A DNA stretch of 64,000 nt from Raillietiella orientalis (GCA_036172245.1 JAYWIR010000046.1:186001-250000); one strand, 5' to 3'; shown: positions 1 through 13,655, counted from the stretch's first letter. Numbers and translations are program-made. The notes: generated by a model not told the origin, from the sequence alone.

Positions 1-3000
1 AATTATGGGATAAAGTCGAGCATCCCTTGTGGTCACTGATTAGATTAGGCTGCTGACAGGAGAATCGTGTAAACGGCATTTTTTTGCCTTTTGAGAGCCT
101 TTTTGAACTTAATTAGATGGAATGTGTTTGGCATTACGTCTAATGACCGGATGTTCTTGCTCTCAAAAAGAACGTGATACAGAGCTATTCCAAGCAATCC
201 AGTTCTAAGCTCATTTTGCAGTTGTGATTTTATTAGAAGACCTATTCTTCTTATCCAAATAGATCTTGGGTTTGTGACTCCTTCATCTAATCATTTAGAC
301 GGACAACTGGAAGAAATGGGAGTTTTGAGGATGACGAAGGAATCAATTTTCATGTGTGCTTATCCAAAGAACAGAGTAACTAGGTGGAAACCGCGAAAGT
401 GGATAGCCTTCCTCACTTTCCTGAAGTGGATGTCATGAAGTCTTTTAAAGGCACACAAAAAAGGGAAAATTCCCGAATAAGTGAACTAAAAAACTAGAAA
501 TTTGATACAGGAGGACTCAGAAACTCTCCATTCAAAGGAATAAACCGATAACTTCTCCATGTGCTTCCCAATTCTGAACGGAAGAGATGATGAGACCATA
601 GTTCATGAGCGCTGAAGTTGAGCGGCTGAGAAACTCAATGACGGAGTAATCAAAAACCGTGTTAATGATTTCTTTTCAATCAGGACAGATAAATCGAGTG
701 GTTTTTTTTTTTTAAAAAAAAAAGTTATGAAAACAGTCTGAATTTACAACAGCCTCTCGTAGTAGAGGGAAATATCTTACTCGGAGGGATCAGATCTCTT
801 GGTTTTGTCGTCAAAAGACAGGTTATTCCGCGTCCTTTCGACCGCTGTCTCTAGTTTCGCAAACCAGAAAGCTGTACGCCTACGTCTTGCATTTTCTATT
901 CCTCTCTCCAGAAGTGTGATTCAATGACTGTCTCCCCTTGTTTTGGCTTCCCAATTCGAGGTGAGAAAATACTCATCCTCTCAGGATTTCGACTATCTCA
1001 TAGTTCGAAACGACCCTCGAAAGTTTATTCTTCCCTGAAGATTTCATTATTTTTTTTTCGCTGTGCTTTAACGTGGCGTTTTCCATTTACAATGAGGGAA
1101 CTTGCGAATAGGAAACAGAGAAACTGAGGTCAAGTTACCGTCGTTTGCAGTTCATCCTTGATGAGGTAAAACGAATTAGGGAGATTCCTGGTAATCATTT
1201 CAACTGAGACTATGGAAGCTCCTTCAAAATGATCTTGCACTTTACAAAACCCTGACGTGTCCAAACATATCGAGTACAGAGACCAAGAATTAGGGGAAAG
1301 GGAGCCCAAGGTAGTACAAATTGTCAAGGGGCGATGCCTTTTGAAATCTTGCTCACAGAAGATGCTGAAGAATTCATCGCTTCGTCAGATACCAAGCTAA
1401 CAGATTACTTCTCAAGTCAATTGTATAGGTTGTGTAACCAATGGAAGACGCATCGGATCCTTTTTTAAAAGGTGCAGCTGGCATACTGTCCACGTAAACG
1501 GAATTACAAGAAACAGCTATCACTAGCTCTATCGTTTTTCCCCCCTTGGTTAGGATTCAGTGCAAATCTACGGATGTTGTGATGAGCGAACAAACACAAG
1601 CTCCTAAACATTCCAAGATAAAAGTTTTATCTTGGAATTATCTTCTATTAAAACAGCTGCTCCAAAAACCCAAAATCACGTATTCTTCAGTGGTTTTGTT
1701 TTTTGAAAGAGCAACGGGCCTCGCTGAGGAAATGCCCCTTCCGAGTGCTGGGGCGCTCACCGCAGAGCTCGTCGTACACGCAGCATGCGTTCCCACATTT
1801 GCATTCATTCCGTCCAGCCACGTGCAAAAGCGGAAGGGAAATTGCTGGGAGGAGTAAGATCGCAGTCCACAAGGATGGGGGAAAAAACGCAGATCAGGTT
1901 GAGTCATTTTTAAAACTGCCGCAGAGAAATGGAACTTACGGCCAATGGGAGGGAAAACAGAGATACAAAAAGTGGTTGAAAGTTTGCCAATGAAATAATT
2001 AGATCTCCAGAGGATGAAGAACCATCGCGAGCAGCACGGAGCATTCTATATCAACGTAATTTATATTCATATCAAAAAAGGTTCGCTTCACAAGGGATTC
2101 ATCGGTTTTTTCGTCGCTATGCGAACGGGGAACAAAAAAAGTTTTTTTTCCTTTTTTATTGAAAGAAACCATCCAACGTTCTCGATGTATGGCTCCCTGC
2201 TTTACTAAGTCCTCTACATTTACAGATTCCGATCTGTTGTTTTCATGAAAGCCATTTAAATCTATATTTGTAAAGCTTATTACTATTGGTCATTATTAGA
2301 TCATCGAAGTATCGCTTACTCTGTTTATTCTTCATCAGATTGTGTTGAAACGAACGAACAGAATTTACAGGATTGGGAAGCCATTCGGTTTTCTCTTCGC
2401 TTGATCTCCCGTTGTTGCTGACCAGATGACCGTTGCAAAATTGAGCGTGCTCGCGGACTTTCTCTTGAGGATCCTGAGTCGGAATGAAACGATGCGTACT
2501 GTCCACTTCTCTTTCCATCATTTGAAAAGGATAATACTGTTCCGGGAGCTCCATCGCTGAAAATACAGAGAGCAGCTGTTTAACTGACTTATTGAACTGA
2601 GGTGAATTGAAATTCAGTGTTGGTAGAGGATCATGTTCGGAGAGGAATGTATGCTCTAGTGCAGAACGGAGGATCGAACCTCAGAAATAATAAAACCCAA
2701 GTAGCATAACAACAGGTCAAATGCGAATAAATAGCAGTCGTGTTAATAACTTGGGAATTCATTTTTACATATTATTCTGGATGCAAAAGAGCCTGATAAA
2801 AGAGTTACATTGGTTTTCTTTCGTCATTCTTTAGTGGGAAGGAAGCTACTCTTGAGTGTATGGCAGTTTAACACATCACAGTACGTGCGGTCTCCTTAAC
2901 ACATCGTGAATGGTAGAGAAATCAATTCTCCATAAAACGAGGAATGTTGACTCTAATATGTTAGGCAAAGCATTTTCGAGCGCAAACATGTATTCATAAT

Positions 3001-3900
3001 GCTATGAATGCTAAGAGTTCACATATTATGAAGTGTGCATGCGCGTTTATGTATTGTGTGTCTAATTCCTGGATACATTTATAAAATGCAATGAACGTTT
3101 TGTCTTTCCCAGGTTTAAGAAATTCGAGAACAGCACTTCATTTCCTAGGGGCATTATTTTCGCTTCAGTGGGATAGCTTCAGTAATCAGAGGATGTAACA
3201 AACTTGACAGAAGTCTTGAAAGATTTTTCATGTAATTAGTTCGACAATTATTACTGCACGAGATTCTTGATTTGGGAATGGAGGATCGGAGGATGCAATG
3301 ACTTGGTAAATGACACGTTAGTGCAATAAATAGTCGTGATCTTCAAAGTTGATTGAAGTGCATGGATTTTCCTCGAGTTCTTTAAATAGGAGAATGCAAA
3401 TTTTCATCTTCATCTTTTCAGAGCCCCACTGTTGATGACAGAATACCTTTTATCCATTCAGACGGAAACGAATACGTGATTTCGAATGATGTCTAATAGA
3501 CTATATCACGAGCAAATCGTGATCATGGAGTGATAATAAGAAAATAGTTATTTACGAAACCTTCTCTTTTTTTCTCTCATCCATGGTATTCGTTGAAAAG
3601 GTAGGATTCAGGGCAACTTCCTGATCACTTGCATGTTTCCACACCACCAGGATTAACCTATTCCAAGAATTGTCTTCCTTGCCACGATAGGCTCTCGGAA
3701 AAATTACCGTGTGACTTTGAAAACGAGAGCCAATCTGTTTTGACATCGGGCTACTAATGTTAGGCAACACAAGAATATTCCCGAGTGTTAGATCCGAGGA
3801 GAAATCGTTTCCAAGACCCATTCCCCCCTGGAACCCAGGTTATTACGGTATTCATTGTTCTAAATTCCATCTTGCACCTATGCGCCTGGATTTTAGCAAA
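1..3900 (-). pseudogene. Possible highly degenerate NACHT-type NTPase (NLR-like) locus
   Basis: Minus-strand Walker A-like GGNGS[W]K[R]FLL (3828-3796; TGG could derive from GGG). Walker B-like IFLLSL[H]DHD (~3550-3513). Winged-helix-like HTL/QE*LPS needing a frameshift (~2866-2838). Spacing is NACHT-like, but there are many stops and frameshifts and the boundaries are approximate. Confidence 0.35.
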
Positions 3901-4899
3901 GATACCAAGACGAAAACATCAGAAACAATTAAGACTATTTATTACTCCTGCTCTACATGAATCAATTTCATTTTTAGCGCTATTGATAAAAAAGAAACGA
4001 AGGATCTGTGAAGAAGCTTAGTGCCAAATCAACTTGTGAGCAGGCTTTCACTGATACGATTGCAGCAAACAAAACGAAGTACGAAACCAGTCAAATCACG
4101 CAAGTGTTTCGACACTTTTTTCAAATTTCATCCCCTTGTTTCTTAAGCAACGAATACGAAACACTTGTAAGAATAAAACAATCTCTTATTATTAATTTCC
4201 AGATTCTGCAAAATATATTTAAATTTATTTAATCAAGCGATTTTTCTCTTCTGGGTTAATTGTCTTTCAAAGAACACTAAAAACACTTACCGGAATAATC
4301 AGCAGTTCTTATAGAAATTCATTTCCTCTTAAGAGCCACGAACTTGTATTTCAGGAACTCTGGAAACAAAACTCACCAGCTTAATGAAGTCCAATTACTT
4401 TCTGAAATTTATCACAGAATTCTTGTAAATGAATATAAAATGATCCCTCCCACATCTGGATAGACCCAACGGGAGTTTAGTGCTTCATGTAAATAGGCGT
4501 GGAATCAATCAGTCAACTTTTACGCGAGAAACTTTGTACAAACGCGCGTGATACATGCAAAGATGAAACTAGGATTCCGAAGACCATCGTTTTGGGGGGA
4601 AAGATAACTGGGCCTACCTGGTATCTGTTGAGATTGAAAATCGAAAGGATTATCTTGATAATTGAGGGAAAAAATCCAAGTTATGATATCCTTCGGTTTC
4701 GTAGGAAATCACGAGTTAAGTCACTGAAATGGTCCTTTTCCTTTTTCTTGACTCTCTTGCGTGGAAATTTCCACTCAGTTGTTTTGAAAAGAAAAAAAAA
4801 GTCAAAATGAAGCAAAGTGCTCCAAGTAATCGGTAATGTTCCTGGTGTTTATAGTCTTATGTATGGGAAGACTAGAATGCTGGAATGGTGGTGCAACAC

Positions 4900-7100
4900 C
4901 AGATCGCGCGTTACGTGACAGCTGAGTGAAAAAGCTGCAGAAAGTCAGGGTCACGTAGCTGCATTACTAAGAGATAGGTAGAGCATACCAGGAAGAGAAC
5001 GGTGCGCTTCGGCACATGCTACTCCAGGGAGATGGACTGGAGGCGTATTAGTTGGACCACCGGCCGAGATGAAAAAAAATTGATGAGACCACAGCTTCGA
5101 GTAGAGAATGAAATAGAAAAAACATCTAGACAGTCAAGATGGTGGAGAATCGGCGTCTGGTATTCTGATCGTTCAATCATCGAGACGCACGTCCACAAAG
5201 AAGTCCCCTTAAGCGTACGCACAGTTCAACGCAAGGCAGCGTGGACATCCCTCGTCGGAAAACAACATCCCTTCCGAGAGGATCACGTTCCAGGTGGGCC
5301 GCATCGGACGTGGAGACGTTTTCTACTCTGCAACTTTCGGGCCGCAGGTCGCCTGTTTCGTCCAGGGGGAGAGCCAATCCACCCCCTGCCCGCGCGGGCA
5401 GGAGGTTGAGTGCCACTAGGGATGCCTCGGTCTGCGTGTGCAGCTGGTGCGAAAGAGGGGCAGAATCGAACAGGAGCGTCGACGACTAAACGCTGCTTAC
5501 GGAGAGGCACGACAAGCTGTCGAGACCCAAATCCGGGATAGAAATCCCTCATAGAAACGCTTAGATTCGGTAGCCTACGGCTAGGTGATTCCAGGAGCAG
5601 ATCCGAAGCTGAAGCCGGATCGAGGCACAAGGGGAAGCAGTCGTACGCGACGGCGCTCGACCTCACCACCAGTACTCGTCAGCGATGTCGGAAGAGACAA
5701 GGCGAAGAGCGGGAGCAAGTATCGAGGACTGGCGGGATTTCTTGATCCTCGCGTTGCGAGGGCAAGTGTTGTGGGACCCAAGAAACAACGAAAGGTTAAG
5801 GGAATGCAAAATCCCCAAGAAGCAGGTAGTGTGCATCAGAAATAGACGCGAACAAACCATGCTTCCGGGATGCTTATCGGAAACATCGAATGGGTCGCGG
5901 CTTGCGACGGAAGAACCTCGGAAAATCTGTGGAGGAGTTGACGAGGCGAAGAAACAAGAGAAGAACATGGTGGAAACTCCTCTGTTCATCCACTTGCACC
6001 TTCCTGCAAGTCATTTGCGAAACACAAGCATGCATGAATCCTTGACCGTGCCAGGTTCCAGCCAGAAGATCAGATTTCGGACGTTCGTCATGAACACCCT
6101 CCCTTTCCGTTCCTTCCTCCTGAAAGAACAAGGGCGTTCGCCTCTTCGGCTAGGAAGTCCTCCTCGAAGGGGTATTCGGACAATCACTACCTCGACGGGT
6201 AGACGTCCTGAAATCTGGAACTTTTGCATCCGGGAAAACAGGCCATTCGACCATGTCAAGGAGAGATCGGTCGCCCGGAGGAATACTTCGTGAAATTTCC
6301 ACTCAGCCTCTTCTTCTCCCCCTCCCCAATCTTGTCTCGATTCCGACCAGTGATGGTTTTCCAAGATGGGGAGCATGCATCCTTCCTTTGTCTTCGAGAT
6401 CGCTTTTCCTATCAGCCCAACTGTGCTCTTTTCCCGTTTCCAGTACCGCAAAATGTTTGTCAGGGTCCAGATTCGTGCCATGCTGGTGGCACCCTCATAA
6501 AGTCGAAACCAGACCCTAACAGTGGTACCGTGATGCGTTGAATCGATCGTTCGCCTAAAGAAAAAGTCACGTGACAAGTCGATGTTTCGCGTCTCGGACG
6601 GGTAAAAGGAAGCTGCCGTCGCCGACGTCCTGTGCGAGGTGGCGGACAGTATCTCGCTCGGGCGAGATGCTGCCTGCACGCCCGCGAGCCCCGTTTGCAT
6701 TCACGGCTCCTCGTCGTGCGTCCGTGGTCGGGTCGAAATCTCGCGGCGTACTCGGACGCAAAGCAGTTTCCCGGATCAACTGCCAGGGAAGTCAAACGAC
6801 GCGAGCGCCACCTGACCGCTCACGCGAACGTTGGCCGGACGCACCTCCGCGATGCGACGAACGAAGGCGGCGCGAAGAGGCAGCTCGGGATTCGCCTTGG
6901 TCGTGCGCGCGATCCAGAGGAGCGATCAAGCTTGGAGTTGCGACTAGCATCACCTCGAGGTCTTGCGTGCCTGGACACCCGTTCGGAAGTGCCACGGGGA
7001 CGACACGGAAGGAAATGACCCGCTTCCGTTCACGTGAAATTCTGCGCAGACGGATCGGAATGAAGCTCCCGCGGACCTCCCAGAGAGCACGTTTTTTGGC
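4900..7100 (-). mobile_element. Degenerate BEL/Pao LTR retrotransposon gag-protease remnant
   Basis: Across frames, NVRNLIFWLEPG..HACVSQMTCRKC..SFHHVLLL (~6090-5960) resembles the Pao gag Cys/His cluster ending HHxLL. It is followed by CLDPASASDLLLES..PGFGSRQ (~5630-5520), resembling the Pao aspartic protease (LDxxS..GFG). Frameshifted; no LTRs identified. Confidence 0.55.
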
Positions 7101-7149
7101 CTGCCCAACTTCTTCCGATCATCACTGAACTGCCTCCTCCTAATCGGCC

Positions 7150-8380
7150 GTCGCGGGAATTTGTTCTTGTTTCCACTGGAAACGGCTCTGCGTATATGAG
7201 TGGAAGGAATGGCTAAGTAAAATGAAGGAACCGGGATCTTAAAGCTCCCGACCATCCTCATGTCCTGTTCGTATAAAGTTATATCATGTCCAAAAATTCC
7301 CAACCCACAACCACATCAACTGGTGCCACTGGTTCTTCCATAGCATCCCTGTTCTGAGAGATTTCTTCGTCTAGGGCATCTCCCAATCCGTGGGTAGAAT
7401 AGATATTGTGGCTGTGTTGTATTTTAGACGCAACTACAAGGCGGCCCATTTTGTCGAGGTGCAGTCGCGGGATCTCCAGCTCCCGCATTACTGGCTCACT
7501 TTGGTGATCTAGGATCCAAGAGGGTCAACTCGTAGAGCTCTCACGGTCATCCGAACACCCTTTGTTGACAGGGAGGCAGCGAGAACATTGGATTTGGGCT
7601 CCTTTCTCTCTCGAGCACTTCTGAGCACTTCAGGGATGCTCTCGAGGTGGCAGTCAATGTCCAGGAGGAACCGGTTCTTCCCTTGCGCAAGCAGCACCAG
7701 ATCCGGACGGAGACAACCCACTCCAGGAATGGGCTTATGAGGGGAATCACTTCCCAGCTCTCTTCAGCTGCCGTCTTCAAGAGGCGAATCGAGGCACTGC
7801 GCCGCTGAGTGCCAAAAACAGGGACCGAGCACATGAGGCAGCGTCTTCTGCAGCTGCGATCCCATTTGCAGTACGCAACCCTCCTGACTGGAAGCACGTT
7901 GTTGATCACTGATTTACCCAGGTAGCACGAATAAATCTGTAATCTGAAGATCGGATGGGGTCTCTCGAAGTGCAGAAGTGTTTCGAGCTCCATGGTCCTC
8001 GAACAAGATGGCAGCGGTACTCTCATCTACCGTCTTTGTATGGAGTACGGTCCCTCAAACTCTCAACTCAAATCCATGGCAACTTATAGGAACGCAGCGT
8101 ACCTAGAGGCTGGAACTCGCTTTCCCCATTTCCGCCTGTCATCGCATCTCGCTGTTTGGAAAGCTTTCGAGTTTCGGATGGCGAATCTTCAGGTCCGGGA
8201 ATGCTTGGATCTTCGGAGGTCGCTTTCGTTGCAGATACTCTCATGGCAGCCGCGCTCTCGGGCAATCTCTTATGAGAGGTAGTTTCCCCGCCATTCCTTC
8301 TGGAAGAGCTCTGGAGTCTTTGCCACGACTTCTGCAGAGTTGCTGGTCGCTCGAGTTCCTGTCAAACCGCTTGCTTCTTC
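7150..8380 (-). mobile_element. 3' fragment of RLE-bearing non-LTR retrotransposon (NeSL/Utopia-like), degenerate
   Basis: SDYRFIRAT..NVLPVRR..DRSCRRRC zinc-finger region, then LRPDLVLLAQGKNRFLLDIDCHLE..ARERKEPK..VDPLGS*..MGRLVVASKIQHSHNIYSTH (ORFs 7547-8026, 7509-7721, 7279-7488). This is the PD-(D/E)xK restriction-like endonuclease tail. Confidence 0.85.
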
Positions 8381-8399
8381 CCGTGGGAATTTCCCTTAC

Positions 8400-11300
8400 G
8401 AGTATCCCCCCCTCCCCCCTCTCTTTCTAAACGACCTGAGTAACGGAAAACACGGGTGATGCAAACGAGGGAGCAAAAAATGAGGGATAGTGAGTCAGAT
8501 GCGGAAGGAGTAGGAGAAGGAGAGGGAGGGGGTGGGGGAGGTTACGAGTCACGCCTGCTTCCCTGCTTGTGCCGCGTAGAATCGTAGGAGCTTCCTGTTC
8601 ACATTCGCTCGAAGGCTCGCTTATGGAAATTCGTCGAAGACAGGGTCGAGGCAGCCACGGGATCCTTGCGAGGCGTCTCCCTTAAGGAGACGAGGGTAGT
8701 CCTCTACACTAGAAAGAGAGAGAAACAGGAAGGAACCGACGGCATCATCTTCCTCTCTCCTGTCCCTTCTTCCTCCCCCTCTCACCATTTCTCCTCCTCC
8801 CTTCCTCCCACCTGACTCGCCGGCTCTCACAGGACCCGGTAGGCTGCCCGGGTGCTCTGGAAAGGAGGACGTGTGCGAGCTCTAGTCTCAGAGCGGAGCA
8901 AGGAAGGAGCCGCCAGAGGGCTCTGGGAGTGGAGGAAGGCGGTGCTCAGGATGCGCAAAAAAGTCTGAGAGGGCTCGACCGGGCCAGACCGAAGAAGGGT
9001 TGAGTGAAAAGAATATCATTGTCATTGCTTTCACCATTTTCCTACCTCATCCCCCTTATTCCGAAACAAAAAATAGAGGTTGGACGGAGAGTCCCTGGGA
9101 TGCTCTCCCCGATGTATACGGGTCCTCTTCCTCTCCTTCCGTCGCTGTTCTCTCTAAGTGCACTCAGATCTGTCCCCTCCCCTTTCCTCGTCCGGCCTCG
9201 TCCTTCTCCCGACTCTTCGAAAGCGACTGGACTCGAGCCGGAAGCCAAGCATTCGGTGGCCTTTGAGTGAACCGGGAGAGGAGGAGGTGCCTGAGAGAAG
9301 GCTTTTGGATGTTCTGCTCCCCCTCTGCCGCATCGCGGACGGGTGTGGGAAGTCAGCAGCCTTCGCGATCCAGGCAGACAACCCCAACTGATCCCAAAAG
9401 ATGGGGGCAGACGGAACCCTTCGCCGTCTCTTCCACGTGTCTTCGCTGCCTTGGGGCGGGAGCCTTCGTTTCCGCGAAAGACGGCGGCGGTGGCAGCGGA
9501 TTCGCCAGGAGCCGCCGCTGAGATGACTTTCCGGTGCGACCCCAGATCCGAGTCCCGGATCCGAATCCCGGATGCGGGAGCCGTCGCAGATCGCATGGGG
9601 GATCGCGCTCCACGCCTTTTCCCTCCTTTCTTCTCCGTCGCTTCTGCCGCGCTCTCGACAGATGCTGGGCGCAGCCGCCGTCTCCAGAGAGAGAAAATCC
9701 TTGGAGGAGGGTTCGTCCGTGTCCTGGCTGCAGGAAGAACCGGATCTCCCCGGCGGAGAAGAGGAGGGAAGGAGGAGGAGGAAGAGGAGGAGGACCATCT
9801 AGTCGCTAAGCTACAGGAAGCGGCATCCAAGCTCTTCCCGTTTTCATGCTCCCACCCTCCCCTCCTTACTCCTCTCCACACGAGCGAGGGAAGACCCACA
9901 GGAAGATCAGAGGCTGCGGCGCCCTTTCCGGCAAGATGCTTCTGCAATTGGATCGGGGAACGGATCTGTTCTCTTTCAGGCAGCGTTCTTCTGCAGGGAT
10001 GGATCGGAAGAGGAAGGGGGTCCGATACTCTTTTCCCATCTCCCCTTTTGCACCCCACGTTTCACCGTCTTTATCTTCCCCATCCTCCAGAACGATTATC
10101 TCCCTGGGGGCGTTCCATCTTACTCTCTCCTTGTCTTAACAGCCTTCTTCCTCCCATCTCCGGTCTTTCCTTTTCGGGAAACTTCCGTCCACTTGTCTGC
10201 CTTGTGCAAGACTCCGTGCGATCCTCTTCCAGGGAGACGTTGCAGATGCGCGAGAAAAAGAGAGAAAGAAAAGGGAACGCGTGCGTCAGTATTCATCTCC
10301 GTCACGAACGGACGACGCTGCTCCCCCTCGCAACAGCCACAAGACTCTTCCTCCCGCCTCTCCCCGGTTCCTTCTCCTTCGGTCGCGGCCGAGCTGATGC
10401 AAAAGGATGGGATGGGTCGGCTGGAGAGGGAATTAGAGCTGTCCTACTGAAGGTGCTCACGGACGCGCTGTCGTCCCTCACCGACGGGTCCGTGGAGTTC
10501 GCGGGGCTTCCCTTCGTACAAGCTCTCTGGGCCGTGGACAGTCTGCTCGGCCATCCAGAAGGATCCGACGATGTAGAGGCAGGTGCGACACATGCGCGAT
10601 GAACCAGGGTAAATAAAGGTTGAGAGTGTGCGCGGACGAATGCTCATTCTCGGTGGAAAGAAGAATTGGGAGGATGAGCATACCCGTCTCTTTCCTTCGG
10701 TTCAGGATGAACACACGCTGCTGCCGATACGCCTGGATAAGCGTGCGGCTGACGGGATAGGAAAGATGAGAAAATCGGGTCATCCACTTCCGGGACCGCG
10801 GTTCTGTTTCCTCTGAAGCACGTGGGTGGTCTTGAGAAACCAACTAAGCTCTGGGGTCACTGGAGGAGGGAGAGCACGAATAGATGAAACTGACGGCGGA
10901 GACGAAGGTCGGCGGGGAGTCCGTGTGAACAGTTTTCTACCCCCTGGAAAGACCTTTCGATCGACTGACACAAAGAGCAAGACCGCTGTGGCGAGAGAGT
11001 CTCCTGAGAAGAAGCGCTGCATTCCTTCCTCCGAGATGCCCGGTATTGAAAATCTTGTTCCCACTCACTCAAGGAGCGTCCGTATCGAAGATCTTCCCGA
11101 AGTAACTCAGCCTGTCCATACGAACTCCGAAGAGGCAGCGCCAGATGCTCCCACTGATGCGACCCAGGCAGCATCAGCGCCATGCCTTTCCAGTCCAGTC
11201 CTGGAAGCCAGTGTCAGTGTGTATGGCGGAACACTGCTCGAAGGAAAGCAATAGGAAGAAGAAGACGCTCATAGAGTTTCAGGTGCAGCAAATCATGGAG

Positions 11301-11580
11301 GCGCCTTTTTCTCCCGCGTCACTTGCCCATCCTAGGCGAAGTCTTCCTGGCGTTCTCCTGCTTATCGGGGACCTCCAGGTTGCTGGTGCAACTCTTCGGA
11401 ATCGAGAAGGTCCGCCACCCACGACAAACTGTGGAAAGGGAGAGGGGGATCCAGGAGAAAAGCTCTCTTGGATGCGGAGCACACAATTCAAACAAATTCG
11501 GTTTCATTCGTTTCATTGGGGCTTCCCTCTGTAAATTGTGGCTCCGTGATGCCGATAGCTCTTGCCAGTGGTGTGTTTTT
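8400..11580. mobile_element. GC-rich block of decayed L1/Tx1-like non-LTR fragments
   Basis: Minus strand ~9250-9600: ORF1-like FRLPPSFGI..RPRCGRGG. Plus strand ~10400-10870: ORF1-like PRFCFL* knuckle remnant. Plus strand ~11470-11580: FKQIRFHSFHWGF / SSCQWC, resembling the ORF2 end at 63150 (WKQDVIMLVHWGF..CKRC). Weak and fragmentary. Confidence 0.35.
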
Positions 11581-11588
11581 CTGGTCTG

Positions 11589-13655
11589 TCAAGGGTCGCA
11601 AGCCAGCTGCTCTTGCTTGTAATGCCGCATCCCATCCAGGAAGACCATGGCCTCTGAAGAGGGGTGATCCCCTACGTGGAAGCGCGCTGAAAGATCACCT
11701 TCGCACTCACCGCGATAGGTCAATGGGATCACCCTTTTGACTGGATGAGCTGTCTGGAAGGTAAAGTTCATGGTGTTTGTGATTTCCTTCACATCGTTCT
11801 CTGGGAATACCATGGTTACAGTCACCTGCACCTGTATGTGCTTTCCTTGAGTGTATACGACCTGGAGCAGGCAGAGGAGGCAAAGGTATTTTATAGCAAG
11901 AAGTAGCAACAGCAGAAATGACCTGAGCCTTCATATGCAACAGCGAACCGATTTCAACAGGCTTGTGGAAGTTTATCTCGCCGATGAGGACTACTGAGGG
12001 TCGCTCCTTGCTAGGGAACAGTGGGGACCAGTGCCTGCGGAAGTACCTGCTACCTATAGGTGTAGGCCGTCCCCCAAGCCAGCTCGTGAGCACTCCTCAT
12101 GAGGAATCCTCCAAAGATTTTGTTGTACATGTTGCGATACTGGAAAGCAACTCATATCAGAACCCTCATCGGGTCTCGGTGTCTCGCTTTCATCCGTCAC
12201 ATTCTTTCTTTCGGCACGAATTTACAAGCCTTTTTGTTGTCTTAAGACTTCTGGAGGAGAAATGCAGGAAAAGGTGTTTGCGATAAACCATAGGAGAAGA
12301 AAATGAGGAAAAATTAGAGCGCTTCAGTCAAACGTGTGCCCAGTAAACTAGGATTGTAACTCACTTCTGGATGGCAGATGATTAGATTGCTTAGTTCGGC
12401 ATCCTTCATCCACATGGAATCACGAAAGTCTTTGGAAGAGTTTAGAGATTCGAATCGGGAACCAAGAGTGTCCAGAAGTAATCTATGAACCAAATTTAAT
12501 TCTTTTTCGGTTGGAGGAATAGTGAAAAGAGACATCTTGCGAGATTGCATCCTTTCTCTGTACCGACCTAAAGCAAAGTACCGGAAAGAAATTGTAGCAT
12601 TCAGTACATCAAATGGCAAGCAACGAATTTAAAATCCATTTTCACTTCTGTTCTTCAGATATTTTAGAATGCAAGGAATGAGCACATCCATTCGAAGTTT
12701 TGATTCCTTAAGAATTCTCAAGAAAGAAAACAATTAGAGATGTCAAGAGACATCCGAAAGTATTTTGAGCGAGGAAAACGACAACTGAAAAGATTCTCGA
12801 TCTCCATTTACAAACCCTTCGTTGATTCATTATCTCTAATCCAAAGCAACCACAAACACGTTTCTCCTAAGCCGTTCGGTGACTTCATAGATAGTGGGAC
12901 ATGTTTATACTTTGCCCTTTTTCGAGAAAAGATTGCTCCAAAGGATGCACAGCCACGAGTTTATTGACGAAGACAGCTTTCCCATTGCTTGCGTTTCGGG
13001 AAACCATTACAAAGACCGCTCGCATCACCGGATGATAGTTTCCGTGTTCCAGCTTTTGATCCACGTGCATGGTTACTTCCATAGATGTGCTGCCTACCCA
13101 AGACACGTGGCCAGAGAACAGTATATCAGTTTCTATCTGATGGTTAACAGGTTTGTCAGCCAGACTGGTGCATGCTAGAGATGGAAACGTACGACAAGTC
13201 TTGGGAAGCTGTAGTGAATGCTATCAACACAAGCTGTTACGATGATAAAGCGGAATGGACAGTCAGTAGCATTCATGTGCTTCAAGGAAATCCACACTGG
13301 AAAGAGCAAAGGGGCTCACAATAACAATCTTGCACATGAGTATGGATCGCGGGTCTACGCTCAAGAACGAGATCCGCTTCATAATGATGATGAGCAGCTA
13401 GGTATGGAACTGGACCTGCAAATATATCTAGGTCTTCCAATATGCGTCCGCTTCTCACGCCTCCTAGAAAATTTGAGTACTTTTCTTTCAAACCTATTTC
13501 AGTTTGAAAAGGAATGACTGCTTCGTCATAACTATCACTCATCGTGCGTGGAATAAGTTCTTCTTGACTCTCAGGGATGTTGCATTCCATTTGCAAATCG
13601 AGGGTCTGGTTCACATATTTCCTTTTATTATAGATATTCATCACTTCTTTTTTAA
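11589..13655 (-). CDS. ACOT9: Acyl-CoA thioesterase 9-like (double hotdog fold), multi-exon; 5' end not resolved
   Basis: Phase-compatible GT-AG exons: 13655-13416, 13296-13193, 13136-12911, 12567-12365, 12139-12054, 12010-11923, 11861-11711, 11653-11589 (stop). Motifs: VRSGRILEDLD, IVTACVD, FSGHVSWVGSTSMEV, ICHPEYRNMYNKIFGGFLMR, FHKPVEIGSLL, TYREAMVFLDGMRH. A possible small upstream exon lies at ~13883-13852. Confidence 0.93.

Noticed and set aside
1687..1872. Small ORF with signal-peptide-like start and Cys cluster
   Set aside because: Starts at a non-ATG codon, is short, and lies inside a degenerate region with no supporting gene structure.
2660..2690. GGTTCGATCC B-box-like word on the minus strand
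   Set aside because: No cloverleaf or A-box context, so not a tRNA.
5001..5020. gtgcgcttcggcacat resembles the U6 snRNA 5' end
   Set aside because: No ACAGAGA box or any further U6 similarity follows.
9042..10602. Long overlapping ORFs (419 aa plus, 338 aa minus)
   Set aside because: Low-complexity, GC-rich, open on both strands with no recognisable domain; expected by chance in decayed GC-rich TE sequence.
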